Of a stretch of 64,000 bases of DNA, positions 23,257 to 36,039 are shown piece after piece; positions within the stretch are counted from its first letter, which is position 1; each line of letters opens with the position of its first letter. The notes below the pieces were generated by a model, which did no database searches, had not been told where the DNA came from, and saw nothing but the letters and a program-made list of their open reading frames with translations. The position numbers and the translations under genes are program-made. The DNA lies in NCBI GenBank assembly GCA_003210285.1, contig QCVS01000001.1:41521-105520 (forward strand), in the 5' to 3' direction. This stretch comes from Prochlorococcus sp. AG-686-J21. GTDB lineage: Bacteria > Cyanobacteriota > Cyanobacteriia > PCC-6307 > Cyanobiaceae.

Positions 23257-23497
23257 ATCCATCTCTACAGATTTTACCGTGATCCATTGCCCAATTCAAT
23301 AGTGCTACTCTATTTTTGGAGCCTGTTTTGGTAAACATATTACTTACATGATTATCAACAGTTCTTTTACTAATAGTAAGCTTTACCGCAATTTCTTGAT
23401 TTGTAAGCCCATTAGCTACTAAATCTATGATTTCCATCTCTCTAGATGAGAGACCCATCATATCAATGTCGTTAACACCTTCTTCAACCATTTGCAT
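23219..23497 (-). CDS. pedR: Stand-alone LuxR-type HTH regulator with C-terminal cysteines (PedR-like)
   Basis: LSSREMEIIDLVANGLTNQEIA, TVDNHVSN, C-terminal CRDGFNCC; no receiver domain. Confidence 0.75.
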   Translation of the reverse strand: MQMVEEGVNDIDMMGLSSREMEIIDLVANGLTNQEIAVKLTISKRTVDNHVSNMFTKTGSKNRVALLNWAMDHGKICRDGFNCCSLPDSDQD

Positions 23498-23574
23498 TTA
23501 AACAGTTCCTTTTATATATTAATTGAGTTTAGCAGTAACAGTAAACTTCTTAACCAAGTAAGGAAAAAAAGCAA

Positions 23575-24465
23575 TTGAAATCAAAACTTCAGCAAACTTT
23601 AGAAAAAAATTCAAAAGTAATTACAGCAGAATTAATGCCGCCTAGAGGAGGAGACCCCATAAGATCTCTTAAAATAGCACAACTTCTGAAAGATAAGGTG
23701 CATGCAGTTAACATTACAGATGGAAGTAGAGCAATAATGAGAATGTGTAGTTTAGCAATGTCTAAACTATTACTGGACAATGGGATTGAACCGATAATGC
23801 AAATCTCATGCAGAGATCGTAATAAAATTGCTTTACAATCAGATATTCTTGGAGCAAATGCCTTAGGTATTAAAAATATTTTATGTATTACAGGAGATTC
23901 TGTAAAAGCAGGTGATCAGCAAGAAACAAAAGCCGTTCATGAATTTGAGGCAGTACGATTATTAAAACAAATCCAATCATTCAATCAAGGAATTGATCCT
24001 ACTTTTGATCAACTTCCAGACAAAAGAACTGAAATTTTTTCAGGTGCTGCAGTAGATCCAAGTTGTCAAAATCAAAGAAGTTTAAAAAGTAGAACAATAA
24101 AAAAAAAGGGGGCTGGAGCAAATTTCTTACAAACTCAAATAGTTATGGATAGAAAATGCTTAGCAGACTTTTGCAACGAAATCAGCAATCCACTTGAGAT
24201 ACCAGTTATTGCAGGAGTATTTCTTTTGAAATCATATAAAAATGCTCTCTTCATTAATAAATTTGTACCTGGAGCGAATATTCCTGAAAATATTTTAAAT
24301 CGTCTCAAAGAAGCAAAAAATCCACTTCAAGAAGGAATATTAATTGCTTCAGAGCAAGCTCAAGATTTTATTAATATTGCCGATGGAATTCATCTTATGG
24401 CAGTCAAATCAGAACATCTTATCCCAGAGATACTTAAAAATGCTGGACTCAATCTGGAATATTAA
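23575..24465 (+). CDS. metF: 5,10-methylenetetrahydrofolate reductase
   Basis: ITAELMPP, VNITDG, CRDRN, LCITGD, FLQTQ. Confidence 0.93.
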   Translation: MKSKLQQTLEKNSKVITAELMPPRGGDPIRSLKIAQLLKDKVHAVNITDGSRAIMRMCSLAMSKLLLDNGIEPIMQISCRDRNKIALQSDILGANALGIKNILCITGDSVKAGDQQETKAVHEFEAVRLLKQIQSFNQGIDPTFDQLPDKRTEIFSGAAVDPSCQNQRSLKSRTIKKKGAGANFLQTQIVMDRKCLADFCNEISNPLEIPVIAGVFLLKSYKNALFINKFVPGANIPENILNRLKEAKNPLQEGILIASEQAQDFINIADGIHLMAVKSEHLIPEILKNAGLNLEY

Positions 24466-25627
24466 TCAAATCAGTTCCTAGTAATTCTGCCATAGCTTTC
24501 TGTTGAGGAGATGGTTCAGTTAAATCTAATCTTCTTGAGTCTGTTATTAGCCAGTCCAAAGAAGCATCTTTCAAATCAAAATGGTCTCCATTTTTTCCAA
24601 CACAATATCTACCAAAGACTAATTTATCGACAAGTTGAACTCCTTTCCCAATTTTTGAATAATCAAAGATTATAGAGTTATCTATAGTTGCGCCCTCACA
24701 AATGCAACAACTTGGTCCAATCATAGACGGGCCAATAATAGTTGCCCCATCTTCTATTCTTGACATCCCTCCAATATAAACGGGTCCTTTTATATTAACT
24801 TTATCCCAATTTGCAGCAACATTAAGACCCGTAAAGACTCCAGGCTTAATTTCTTTGCCAGGAATTTCCACTTGCCTTACTTTACCTAATAAAACATTTC
24901 TAATCGCACTCCAGTAATCAGGAACTTTTCCAATATCTACCCACTCAAAATCCATCGGCAAAGCAAAAAATGGCAAATCCATTTCAACAAGTTTAGGAAA
25001 TAGATCAGCTCCTATATCAAATTTATCTCCTGATGGAATATAGTTAAAAATCTCAGGCTCAAACAGATAAATACCCGTATTAATTGAATCACTCAAAGCA
25101 TCTTCTACATCTGGCTTTTCTTGAAAAGCTTTGATTCGCCCATTTTCATCAGAAACTACAACTCCATAACTAGATACTTGTTCTCTAGTTACCTTTTTTG
25201 TTATTAAGCTTGCTATTGCCCCTTTTTTCTTATGATTTTTAACAGCTTCAGTTAAATCCAAATCTACTAAGGCATCGCCGCACAATACAACGAAAGTTTC
25301 ATCAAAAAAATTTTGAAAATCTTGAATTTTTTTTAATCCTCCTGCCGAACCTAAAGCATCACCAATCATTTCTCCATCTTCAATTCTTCCTTCAAAGCTG
25401 TAGGCTATCTCAACACCAAATCTTTGTCCGTCCCTAAAATAGTTTTCAATTTCTTCAGCAAGATGAGAAACGTTGACCATTATTTCTTTAAAACCATGTT
25501 CCTTTAAAAGTTCCAAAAGGAATTCCATAACAGGTTTTTGTAAAATAGGAATCATTGGTTTAGGAATAATATGCGTTATTGGCTGAACGCGAGTTCCTTT
25601 GCCTGCTGCAAGTATCATTGCCTTCAT
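24449..25627 (-). CDS. NDP-sugar pyrophosphorylase (mannose-1-phosphate guanylyltransferase-like)
   Basis: MILAAGKGTRVQP, PKPM, LGSAGG, FQEKP, WVDIG, C-terminal hexapeptide repeats. Confidence 0.88.
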   Translation of the reverse strand: MKAMILAAGKGTRVQPITHIIPKPMIPILQKPVMEFLLELLKEHGFKEIMVNVSHLAEEIENYFRDGQRFGVEIAYSFEGRIEDGEMIGDALGSAGGLKKIQDFQNFFDETFVVLCGDALVDLDLTEAVKNHKKKGAIASLITKKVTREQVSSYGVVVSDENGRIKAFQEKPDVEDALSDSINTGIYLFEPEIFNYIPSGDKFDIGADLFPKLVEMDLPFFALPMDFEWVDIGKVPDYWSAIRNVLLGKVRQVEIPGKEIKPGVFTGLNVAANWDKVNIKGPVYIGGMSRIEDGATIIGPSMIGPSCCICEGATIDNSIIFDYSKIGKGVQLVDKLVFGRYCVGKNGDHFDLKDASLDWLITDSRRLDLTEPSPQQKAMAELLGTDLINIPD

Positions 25628-25678
25628 CAGCTCTATATACCTCTTTTAAAAGGATTATACTTTATTACTCTTTAACTA

Positions 25679-26551
25679 CTAAGAAGCAGTCGATGATATT
25701 TCTGAAACCTCAAGATTTTCAATAGGTAGTTGAGCTAATCCTCCCTCTGGAATAATCCTTTTGATTTGTATTGGGCCATAGAGAGAATATTGTTGTTTTA
25801 ATTCAACTTTATTTTCTGATGATAAAAATAACAAAGCCCAAAATACCCCCAGTCTGTCTTTATCTAAATCACTTTTTACTACTGTCTGCCATTTATTAAC
25901 TAAATGTTCAAAATCAATCCATTGTAATGCCTTTTCCCATCCATCAAGAAACTTGCCAAGTGCTTTAGTTGTTTCTGGAAGCTTTTCACGATGCGCTAAA
26001 GATTGAACTTTTGATATCAAAACCTTATCAGAATATTTTTTATTTCTTTTCCTTTTCATAAGCAAAAGATCTTGCGTTTCAATTATTTCTGCAATCGATT
26101 CTAATTGACTAACAAGTTCTCCTAATGTTGCAGTACGTTTAATAATGGGTTGTGCTATAGATCTTCTTCTTAGATATTTTTCAGGATATTTTGGTATGTC
26201 AAATCCTTGATTAATCCATTCTTGATTATCCATCACAATTTCTTCTTCAAAACCTAATGTTTCTTCTTGAAATACATCAGATTCTAAAACTTGAGCTTTT
26301 AAATTAACTAATACAGAGGCGGCAAAAAATGCTTCACTTGTCTCAGATAAGTCTTTTTGATATGAAATTTGATCTTTAGATGAATATTGCAAATTATGAT
26401 TAAACTGCTCTAAGAAACTATCGATAACACTTATAACATCAATATCCCATGGATCAAGATCACCTCTTCCAGCTGCATCTTGAAGGAATTTTATGAGTAA
26501 TCTAGGTCCTAGCTGCGACCCATCAATAGATTTAGAATTAGTTACTTTAAT
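25679..26551 (-). CDS. scpA: Segregation and condensation protein A (kleisin); start codon uncertain
   Basis: The frame is open well upstream of the called TTG (26392) and encodes LLIKFLQDAAGRGDLDPWDIDVISVID; C-terminal FWALLFLSSENKVELKQ winged helix. 5' coordinate is a candidate ATT. Confidence 0.85.
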   Translation of the reverse strand: MKVTNSKSIDGSQLGPRLLIKFLQDAAGRGDLDPWDIDVISVIDSFLEQFNHNLQYSSKDQISYQKDLSETSEAFFAASVLVNLKAQVLESDVFQEETLGFEEEIVMDNQEWINQGFDIPKYPEKYLRRRSIAQPIIKRTATLGELVSQLESIAEIIETQDLLLMKRKRNKKYSDKVLISKVQSLAHREKLPETTKALGKFLDGWEKALQWIDFEHLVNKWQTVVKSDLDKDRLGVFWALLFLSSENKVELKQQYSLYGPIQIKRIIPEGGLAQLPIENLEVSEISSTAS

Positions 26552-26622
26552 AAGATATAGTCTTTTTCAAGATATCTTTATATCAATTGTTATGCCAAAA
26601 AATAAGAAACATATTAAGAAAA

Positions 26623-28290
26623 CTATATAGTTGGTGCTTTTAATATTTGATTTGATTTATTTCCCGCAAAAATATTTGTCTTTGGAAGACTTTTCACAGC
26701 ATTTAAATCTCTAGCAACCAGGTTATTTATTGTAGCCAAATAACTTTCTGTAACTAACCTTGGATATAAACCTATCCCGATTATTGGTAAGAGTAAACAG
26801 GCTATAATATATACCTCTCTTGGCTCTGCATCAATTAAATTCTTATCTTCAGTTAACTTTGGATTTTCTTTACCAAAGAAAATCTCACGTAACATTGACA
26901 GTAAATAAATTGGGGTAAGTATCACACCTATCGCCGCTAAAGATGCCATTATTACTCTAAAAGGCAAAGTATAAACTTCATCAGTAACAAATCCAGTAAA
27001 TACCATTAATTCAGAAACAAATCCACTCATGCCTGGCAAAGCAAGAGAAGCAAGAGAGCAGGCAGTCCACAATGCAAACATAATACGCATTTTTTGTCCT
27101 ACTCCACCCATTTCATCAAGTTTTAGAGTCTTTGTTCTGTCATAAGTTGCTCCAACAAGAAAAAATAAACTTGCTCCAATTAATCCATGACTAACCATTT
27201 GCAACATTGCTCCACTTGTCCCAAGACTACTAAAACTTCCTATTCCAATTAGGACAAAACCCATATGACTAATTGAACTATATGCGATTTTCCTTTTAAG
27301 ATTTCTTTGTGCAAATGATGTTAATGCAGCGTAAATTATATTGACTACGCCAAGAACTATTAATAAAGGAGCGAATTGAGCATGTGCAACAGGTAATAAT
27401 TGTGCATTAAATCTCAAAAGAGCATATCCCCCCATCTTTAATAAAATACCGGCCAACAACATATGAACAGGTGCTGTAGCCTCCCCATGAGCATCAGGTA
27501 ACCAAGTATGCAAAGGGACAATTGGAAGTTTCACACCAAAAGCAATTAATAAACCTATGTAACAAAGGATTTGAAAGTTTTGGCCAAAATCTTGATTAGC
27601 CAAATGAGAAAACTCAAAATTTGGAACTTCAGTTCCATAAAAACCCATTGCCAATGCTGCTAAAAGGATAAAGATAGAACTCCCAGCTGTATAGATAATG
27701 AATTTTGTAGCTGCATATTGTCTATTTTTCCCTCCCCAGATAGCTAAAAGTAAATATACTGGCAAAAGTTCCAGTTCCCAACTTAAAAAGAATAGGAGCA
27801 TATCTTGAACAGCAAAAACAGCTATTTGTCCTCCATCCATGATGAGGATTAAAAAGAAAAATAATTTTGGTTTAAACTTTACAGGCCATGCAGCTAAGAC
27901 AGCTAGAGCCGTTATAAAACTAGTTAATAGTATAAGAGGCATTGACATTCCATCAGCGCCGACTGACCACGTAAGTCCTAGATTAGGAAGCCAATTTATA
28001 CTTTCTTTAAGTTGAACATCTTCATTATTGATATCAAAACCGTTTATGTATGATCCTACAGTTACTAGAAAAGTAATTAAAGCAACACTTAAAGCGAACC
28101 ATCTTACTTGTTTACCCTCTCCTTCATCAGGGAAAAAAGGTATCAAAAATGCGCATCCAATAGGGAAAAGAATAGACACCGAAAGCCAAGGAAAATCAGA
28201 TATACCTCCACCCAATGTTCCTATTGTATGTAGTGCAAAATGTGTAAAAAAATAACTGCTCAAATGAATTAAGAAATTGATCTTAAGCAA
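26623..28290 (-). CDS. ndhD: NDH-1 subunit D (D1 type)
   Basis: [48 protein letters not shown]; true start may be TTG at 28215. Confidence 0.95.
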   Translation of the reverse strand: MLKINFLIHLSSYFFTHFALHTIGTLGGGISDFPWLSVSILFPIGCAFLIPFFPDEGEGKQVRWFALSVALITFLVTVGSYINGFDINNEDVQLKESINWLPNLGLTWSVGADGMSMPLILLTSFITALAVLAAWPVKFKPKLFFFLILIMDGGQIAVFAVQDMLLFFLSWELELLPVYLLLAIWGGKNRQYAATKFIIYTAGSSIFILLAALAMGFYGTEVPNFEFSHLANQDFGQNFQILCYIGLLIAFGVKLPIVPLHTWLPDAHGEATAPVHMLLAGILLKMGGYALLRFNAQLLPVAHAQFAPLLIVLGVVNIIYAALTSFAQRNLKRKIAYSSISHMGFVLIGIGSFSSLGTSGAMLQMVSHGLIGASLFFLVGATYDRTKTLKLDEMGGVGQKMRIMFALWTACSLASLALPGMSGFVSELMVFTGFVTDEVYTLPFRVIMASLAAIGVILTPIYLLSMLREIFFGKENPKLTEDKNLIDAEPREVYIIACLLLPIIGIGLYPRLVTESYLATINNLVARDLNAVKSLPKTNIFAGNKSNQILKAPTI

Positions 28291-28348
28291 ATTCTAGAAA
28301 TTATCTAGATTTTTTCATCCCATGGACAGTGAAGACACACATTTGTTA

Positions 28349-30361
28349 TTAAGTTACTTGGGGTGATTGGAAACCAAATATTGCTACCAACAAAATCACT
28401 CCTCCAAAAACTATCAGAGCATAGAATTGAGCTCTACCTGTTTCAAAATACTTTAAGCCCTCTCCACTGCCCAATGTTACAAGTCCAGTAAGATTCACTA
28501 CTCCATCAACAACTTTGGAATCAACCTCTAAAACTTCTTTTGCAAGTTTTCTACTGCCTTTCACAAAAAGTTTTTCATTAATATCATCCAAGTACCATTT
28601 ATTTGATAAAAACTTATTAACAGATGGAAATCTTTGTGCAAATAATATTGATAAGTTAATTTTCTTAGCAAAATAAGCTTGATAAGCAATAGTTATCCCT
28701 ATCGAAGCAATAAAAACAGATGCAATCGCTAGAGGTAAAAATTCTTTTAATTCAAAGGACTCTATAGCAATCAATGCTTCTTCAGGATCTAATAAGTTTG
28801 CAAATTTACTATCCCAAGGAAATCCCATAAACCCAATAATTACTGAAGGTACTGCTAGAAAAACTAGTGGAAATGTCATAGACCAAGGAGACTCATGGAG
28901 TGAACCATGTTCTTCTTCATGTTCATCTTCCATATCAATTTCAGAGGCTAATAGTAGTTCTTTTTGTAATTCCTTATTTCCCCCTCTAAAATCCCCTTCA
29001 AACGTTAAAAAATAAAGTCTAAACATATAAAAGGCCGTCATTCCAGCTGTTAAAAATCCTACAAACCAAAAAGCTGGAAATGAGATGAAGGCGTTTCCCA
29101 ATATTTCATCTTTACTCCAAAACCCAGCTAATGGCGGAATTCCACTTATTGCTACGCATCCTATTAAAAAAGTTGTAGAAGTAAAGGGCATTTTCTTTCT
29201 TAAACCTCCCATCAACCTCATATCTTGTGCTAGTACAGGTTGATGACCTACAACTTCTTCCATAGCATGAATTACTGAGCCAGACCCTAAAAACAACATT
29301 GCTTTGAAACAAGCATGTGTTATCAAGTGAAAAATTCCTGCTACTGGAGCACCACAACCCATCGCAAGCATCATATACCCGAGCTGAGAAACAGTACTAT
29401 ATGCCAAACCTTTTTTGAGATCCATCTGGGTTAAAGCAATAGAAGCACCTAAGAAACATGTAATAGTGCCAACCAACGCAATAATAAATTGAATTGAAGG
29501 GAATAATGAGTAAAGAGGTTGGAGCCTTGCTACTAAGAATATTCCAGCAGCAACCATTGTCGCTGCATGAATAAGAGCTGAAATAGGGGTTGGTCCTTCC
29601 ATAGCGTCTGGAAGCCATACATGAAGAGGAAATTGAGCAGATTTAGCCATAGGTCCTAAGAAGACTAAAAAACAAAGTAATAATGCAGCCCAGACTGGCA
29701 ACGAATTCTCTGAAACTGACTGTGATACTCCTAGGGCAATTTCATTAAAGTCAAAGCTTTTTGTAGCCCAAAATAGACCCAAAATTCCCAGTAATAATCC
29801 AAAGTCTCCAACTCTATTTACGACAAACGCTTTTTGAGCAGCGTTTGCCGCACCATCTCTGTCGTACCAAAAACCAACTAATAAGTAAGAACACATCCCT
29901 ACTAGTTCCCAAAAAACGTATATTTCTAACAAATTTGGGCTAATAATTAAACCCATCATCGAACTACTGAAGAGTGCTAAATATGTAAAAAATCGTACGT
30001 AACCTTTATCATGAGCCATATAACCATGAGAGTAAATCATGACTAATAAGGTAATAGTGGTTACCAATGTAAGCATTACGCTGCCTAATGGGTCGAGAAC
30101 AAATCCCATTGGTATTGTGAAATCTCCTGCACTTGCCCAAACAAATAATTTTTCTACTGATTGATAGCCATTTATTTGCTCAATTAATGTTTTATAACTG
30201 ATTACTGCAGAAACACCAACGAATGACAAAAGACTAATAGAAACAATTTCTCTAGAATTATTGATTTTTTTATTCGCACATATTAAGCCCAAGCCAGAAA
30301 ACACCGCTCCAATAAGTGGAAAGACAGGAATCAACCAGGCAATTTCTGAAGCTTGTGGCAT
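28349..30361 (-). CDS. ndhF: NDH-1 subunit F (F1 type)
   Basis: KSAQFPLHVWLPDAMEGPTPISALIHAATMVAAG, AYSTVSQLG, HACFKAMLF. Confidence 0.96.
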   Translation of the reverse strand: MPQASEIAWLIPVFPLIGAVFSGLGLICANKKINNSREIVSISLLSFVGVSAVISYKTLIEQINGYQSVEKLFVWASAGDFTIPMGFVLDPLGSVMLTLVTTITLLVMIYSHGYMAHDKGYVRFFTYLALFSSSMMGLIISPNLLEIYVFWELVGMCSYLLVGFWYDRDGAANAAQKAFVVNRVGDFGLLLGILGLFWATKSFDFNEIALGVSQSVSENSLPVWAALLLCFLVFLGPMAKSAQFPLHVWLPDAMEGPTPISALIHAATMVAAGIFLVARLQPLYSLFPSIQFIIALVGTITCFLGASIALTQMDLKKGLAYSTVSQLGYMMLAMGCGAPVAGIFHLITHACFKAMLFLGSGSVIHAMEEVVGHQPVLAQDMRLMGGLRKKMPFTSTTFLIGCVAISGIPPLAGFWSKDEILGNAFISFPAFWFVGFLTAGMTAFYMFRLYFLTFEGDFRGGNKELQKELLLASEIDMEDEHEEEHGSLHESPWSMTFPLVFLAVPSVIIGFMGFPWDSKFANLLDPEEALIAIESFELKEFLPLAIASVFIASIGITIAYQAYFAKKINLSILFAQRFPSVNKFLSNKWYLDDINEKLFVKGSRKLAKEVLEVDSKVVDGVVNLTGLVTLGSGEGLKYFETGRAQFYALIVFGGVILLVAIFGFQSPQVT

Positions 30362-30394
30362 TTTTAATAATATTTATATACCAATACTAAACTG

Positions 30395-31123
30395 CTAATT
30401 GAAAATTTTAGACATAAAAGATGAATTAAATGTTGTAACAGCAATATTTATATATTTATGAGACCACCAGATTATTGCAATGGCTATCAATATACCAAGC
30501 TGTGATAATTTAAAAAATTCTTTTACTTTAATTTGCTGTCTTCCATCAAATATTGCGACAAATGGGATTATTGAGGTACTTTCTTTGTACTTATAAAATT
30601 CTTCACCAAATTTAATTTCTAATCTTTTATCACCATGCCATATTGCAAAAAGGTGATGAAAAATTAGCCCTAGCGAAGTTATAAATGTAAAAGATGTCCC
30701 AATCCATAATGTATGAGCTAAACACCAAATAATTTGGCCAAATGCTTGTGGATGTCTTGTTATTCTCATTATTCCAGTACCATATATTCTAACTTGTGGT
30801 TTTAAAACCGAAGGAATTTCTAGTAAATTATATGTTGCAGGATATAGAAATAAGAAACTAATAGCAGTTAAAATCCAAACTAACAAAAATACATAGTTAT
30901 TACCCTGAAAATTCCATAATCTAATTCCATCGTACCTATGAGCTAAAAAATAACTGATTAAAATTACTGCAGATGGCAAACTCAAAGAAACAAAAAACAA
31001 TCTCCATAGTCTTGGCCCCATAAAAGCCTCTGCTCTAATTCTTAAAGCAGCACCTCCGCTATGAATAACTGCAAAAATAAGTATTAATACTAAAATTAAT
31101 AAAGAAGTTTTGTGAGTCTCCAT
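30395..31123 (-). CDS. NnrU-family protein, probable 15-cis-zeta-carotene isomerase (Z-ISO)
   Basis: FAVIHSGGAALR, GIMRITRHPQ, WCLAH, HGDKRL; near crtP and crtB. Confidence 0.8.
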   Translation of the reverse strand: METHKTSLLILVLILIFAVIHSGGAALRIRAEAFMGPRLWRLFFVSLSLPSAVILISYFLAHRYDGIRLWNFQGNNYVFLLVWILTAISFLFLYPATYNLLEIPSVLKPQVRIYGTGIMRITRHPQAFGQIIWCLAHTLWIGTSFTFITSLGLIFHHLFAIWHGDKRLEIKFGEEFYKYKESTSIIPFVAIFDGRQQIKVKEFFKLSQLGILIAIAIIWWSHKYINIAVTTFNSSFMSKIFN

Positions 31124-31206
31124 ATAATTACAAAATACAAGTTATTTGTTATTAACAATAATACCCTTAGGTATTAGAATTAAATTAAATTGTAGGCATA
31201 AATATC

Positions 31207-32160
31207 ATGCCCGAATTACCTTTTACTCTTGACCAATTAAGAATATTAAAAGCTATTGCAGCTCAAGGAAGTTTTAAAAAGGCTGCGGATTTACTATATG
31301 TGACTCAACCAGCTGTCAGTTTACAAATTCAAAATTTAGAAAAACAACTTGAAATAACAATTTTTGATAGAGGTGGTAGAAAAGCACTTTTAACTGAGGG
31401 AGGCAAGCTATTACTTGAATATTGCGAAAGAATCCTGAATCAATGTGATGAGGCTTGCAAAGCTATTGAAGACTTAAATAGTTTAAAAGGTGGAACACTA
31501 ATAATTGGAGCTAGTCAAACTACAGGTACGTACTTAATGCCAAGGATGATTGGACTTTTTAGACAAAAATACCCTGATGTATCTGTACAGCTACAAGTTC
31601 ACAGTACCAGAAGAACAGGTTGGAGCGTTGCGAATGGTCAAATTGATTTAGCTATAATTGGGGGGCAATTGCCAAGCGATCTTGAAAACTTGTTAGAAGT
31701 AATTCCATATGCAACGGATGAATTAGCTCTTGCATTACCAACAAAACATCCACTTGCCAATAAGAAAGAACTGTTGAAAGAAGATCTATACAAACTAAAT
31801 TTCGTCACATTAGATTCTCAATCAACAACCAGAAAAGTTGTTGATAAACTTTTAAAGGATTCAGGTCTCGATATTCAAAGACTAAAGATAGAAATGGAGT
31901 TAAACTCACTTGAAGCAATTAAAAATGCAGTTCAATCTGGTCTTGGTGTTTCTTTTTTACCTGTAATTTCTATTGAGAGAGAATTAGCAGGTGGCTCAAT
32001 TCACAAGCCCCACTTAGCTGATTTAGAGGTCAAAAGGGAGTTGAAATTAATTACAAATCCATCAAGATACACATCAAGAGCATCAGAAGCATTTAAAAAG
32101 TATATATTGCCTCAATTTGCAAGCTCCGAAAGTCCATTAAGACAACTTAATTCAATCTAA
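31207..32160 (+). CDS. rbcR: LysR-family regulator (RbcR/Ycf30)
   Basis: [43 protein letters not shown]. Confidence 0.9.
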   Translation: MPELPFTLDQLRILKAIAAQGSFKKAADLLYVTQPAVSLQIQNLEKQLEITIFDRGGRKALLTEGGKLLLEYCERILNQCDEACKAIEDLNSLKGGTLIIGASQTTGTYLMPRMIGLFRQKYPDVSVQLQVHSTRRTGWSVANGQIDLAIIGGQLPSDLENLLEVIPYATDELALALPTKHPLANKKELLKEDLYKLNFVTLDSQSTTRKVVDKLLKDSGLDIQRLKIEMELNSLEAIKNAVQSGLGVSFLPVISIERELAGGSIHKPHLADLEVKRELKLITNPSRYTSRASEAFKKYILPQFASSESPLRQLNSI

Positions 32161-32780
32161 AATTGGATAGCTTCCTTATTGATTCCCACCCCTCCATCTT
32201 CAGCCTGTCCATCTCCTTTGATAATAAATTTATTCTCATTTACATCAGTCTGATAAACACATTTAACTATAGGCTTATCTCTTATTGACCCTATGTAAGC
32301 AAAAGTATTCATTCTTTGCTTACATTCTCTAACATCCTCATTACTTATAGCGCCTTGTTTTTGTAACACTGTCCAATTCTCCCTTCGAATAACGCAACCA
32401 GGTTGGAGTGCCGGTTGTGTTACAAAACTAGTTGAAGGATTTAGTGTTGTATACATTTCTACATCAATCACAAAAGCGCTTGCTCCCCATTGCCTACAAA
32501 ATTCAGGGTCTGGAACGGCCATATCTAATTGCTGTTGACTAGCTATATTACCCTGCCCTCCATCTGTTGTACTGGTAATAGCACTTCCTATACCTACCCC
32601 TAATATCAAAACGCCAGCAAGTACAGCAATTGTTCCTGTACTTAAATTATTTTTTTGTCCAGAGTTAGAAGGAGATATTCTTCTACTCCGCTGTGTAAAA
32701 TTATCCCCATCCCTTGAGTTAGAGGAGTACGAATTTTTGCCAGGGTCTCTTCTTGGGCCCCTATTAGGATATTTATTCAC
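32157..32780 (-). CDS. Conserved cyanobacterial membrane protein (DUF3172-like)
   Basis: TM helix followed by [13 protein letters not shown]...PGCV...CK...CVY. Confidence 0.75.
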   Translation of the reverse strand: MNKYPNRGPRRDPGKNSYSSNSRDGDNFTQRSRRISPSNSGQKNNLSTGTIAVLAGVLILGVGIGSAITSTTDGGQGNIASQQQLDMAVPDPEFCRQWGASAFVIDVEMYTTLNPSTSFVTQPALQPGCVIRRENWTVLQKQGAISNEDVRECKQRMNTFAYIGSIRDKPIVKCVYQTDVNENKFIIKGDGQAEDGGVGINKEAIQF

Positions 32781-33124
32781 AACACTTCTTTTGTCTTAGG
32801 TAAACCCATTGAATAATTCATAACTCTACATTCTGGGTTATAACTTAGTAATCCATTTTGAAGCAAATATTTGATTAAACCTTCGACTTCTGATCCTATT
32901 TTACGAAGTTCATAATCATCTAAACTTTTTCCGGCTCTTTCTTGGACAAGTTCAGTAAATTTTTGATTTACTTTTTTTAAGGAGTCTTCATTCCAAATAA
33001 ATTCATTATCAGGATCTAAGTCGAGAGTTAATTTATTAGGATGAAATCTTAAATTTTTATTAACCACATCAGCAGTAAATATCCTTACATGCCTAGTGGT
33101 TGACTTTAAAAGCATTTTTTCCAT
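32777..33124 (-). CDS. ndhM: NDH-1 subunit M
   Basis: [34 protein letters not shown]. Confidence 0.93.
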   Translation of the reverse strand: MEKMLLKSTTRHVRIFTADVVNKNLRFHPNKLTLDLDPDNEFIWNEDSLKKVNQKFTELVQERAGKSLDDYELRKIGSEVEGLIKYLLQNGLLSYNPECRVMNYSMGLPKTKEVL

Positions 33125-33187
33125 AATTTGAAAAATAATCAACAAAAAAAATAATTATGTCTTAACTTTAGGATAGCTTCTTAGTAA

Positions 33188-34636
<1,449 letters not shown>

Positions 34637-34657
34637 ACTTTAAGAATAAAACCTTTT

Positions 34658-35566
34658 TTGAAAAATTCATTATCCCAACTTAATAAAGCATATGAAATAT
34701 GCCAAAAAGAAACTCAACAATGGGCTAAAACTTTTTATTTAGGGACACTTTTACTACCATACGAAAAAAGAAAAGCGATTTGGGCGATTTATGTTTGGTG
34801 TAGGAGAACTGATGAAATAATGGATAGCATTGAAGCTTCAAACAAGACCAAAGAGGAACTTTCCGATAACTTAAATGAATGGGAAGCAAACACAAAAAAT
34901 GTTTTCAAAGGAAAAATACAATCAGACTTAGATGCTGTTCTTTTCGATACAATAGAAAAATTTCCACAGGACATAGAACCATATTTAGATATGATCGAAG
35001 GCCAGAGAATGGATCTTACACAATTTAGATATAAAAGTTTTTCTGAATTACAGCTTTACTGTTATCGCGTCGCGGGGACAGTCGGATTAATGACTCAAAA
35101 TGTGATGGGCATAGATAGTGCCTATACATCAGCCCCTTGGAGTAATATGCCTGACCCCTCAGAAGCAGCAATAGCTTTAGGAATAGCGAATCAACTTACT
35201 AATATTTTAAGAGATGTTGGAGAAGATAGGCAAAGAGGTAGAATTTATTTACCCCAGGATGACATGAAAAAATTTAATTATTCTGAAGAAGAGTTATTAA
35301 AAGGAGTAATAAATAATCAGTGGAAGATGCTTATGAATTTTCAATTAACAAGAGCTCGGGATTGGTTCAAAAAATCTGAAGATGGTATTAAGTGGTTATC
35401 CGCAGACGCAAGGTGGCCGGTATGGACATCTTTACGCCTTTATAGAGGGATATTAGATTCTATTGAAAGATTAGATTATGATGTTTTTAATAATAGAGCT
35501 TTTGTAAAGAATTCAGTAAAAGCGTTTGAAATCCCCATATCGTTTTTAATCTCAAGGATCAAATAG
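34658..35566 (+). CDS. crtB: Phytoene synthase
   Basis: YVWCRRTDE, YCYRVAGTVG, QLTNILRDVGED, RGRIYLP. Confidence 0.96.
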   Translation: MKNSLSQLNKAYEICQKETQQWAKTFYLGTLLLPYEKRKAIWAIYVWCRRTDEIMDSIEASNKTKEELSDNLNEWEANTKNVFKGKIQSDLDAVLFDTIEKFPQDIEPYLDMIEGQRMDLTQFRYKSFSELQLYCYRVAGTVGLMTQNVMGIDSAYTSAPWSNMPDPSEAAIALGIANQLTNILRDVGEDRQRGRIYLPQDDMKKFNYSEEELLKGVINNQWKMLMNFQLTRARDWFKKSEDGIKWLSADARWPVWTSLRLYRGILDSIERLDYDVFNNRAFVKNSVKAFEIPISFLISRIK

Positions 35567-35980
35567 CTAAGCAGGGGCTTTCTGATTAGCTAATAAATCT
35601 TTTAATTTTGAAAGTTCTCCAGCCCATCTAGGATCTGGAGCTTCAAGATTAGGGGCATCACTATGAACAATCTTCTTAAAATCTTTCCTTTTTTTATTAG
35701 AGCCTAAACTATTTCTCTTGTGTGAGGAAGAATCTTTCTTTTCTGAAAGTTCAACTCGTAATTTGGAGCCGTTAAATTCAAAACCATTAAGCTTTTCGAT
35801 TATTAAATTTGCATTTTGTTCATTATTTGTTGTAGCAAAACCAAATCCTCTACACTCTTTGGTTTCTTTATCTAAAACAGATTTAAATCTAATAGAATCA
35901 GATATTGATTTTAAAACACTATCAAATTCTTTTGGATTAAATCCTTGTGGTAAATTGCCAATGTAAATACGAATGCTCAT
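35567..35980 (-). CDS. RRM RNA-binding protein (class II, Rbp3-like)
   Basis: IYIGNL (RNP2), RGFGF (RNP1), C-terminal PDPRWA; likely start ATG at 35980. Confidence 0.88.
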   Translation of the reverse strand: MSIRIYIGNLPQGFNPKEFDSVLKSISDSIRFKSVLDKETKECRGFGFATTNNEQNANLIIEKLNGFEFNGSKLRVELSEKKDSSSHKRNSLGSNKKRKDFKKIVHSDAPNLEAPDPRWAGELSKLKDLLANQKAPA

Positions 35981-36039
35981 AAATTTTTTAAAAAATAATT
36001 TGAAGTCTGAACTTTTAAACAAAACTAAGCTATGTGTAT

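Noticed and set aside
28290-28312. TCTAGA-containing imperfect inverted repeat between ndhF and ndhD
   Set aside because: Short, AT-rich and without a U-tract; not distinguishable from chance
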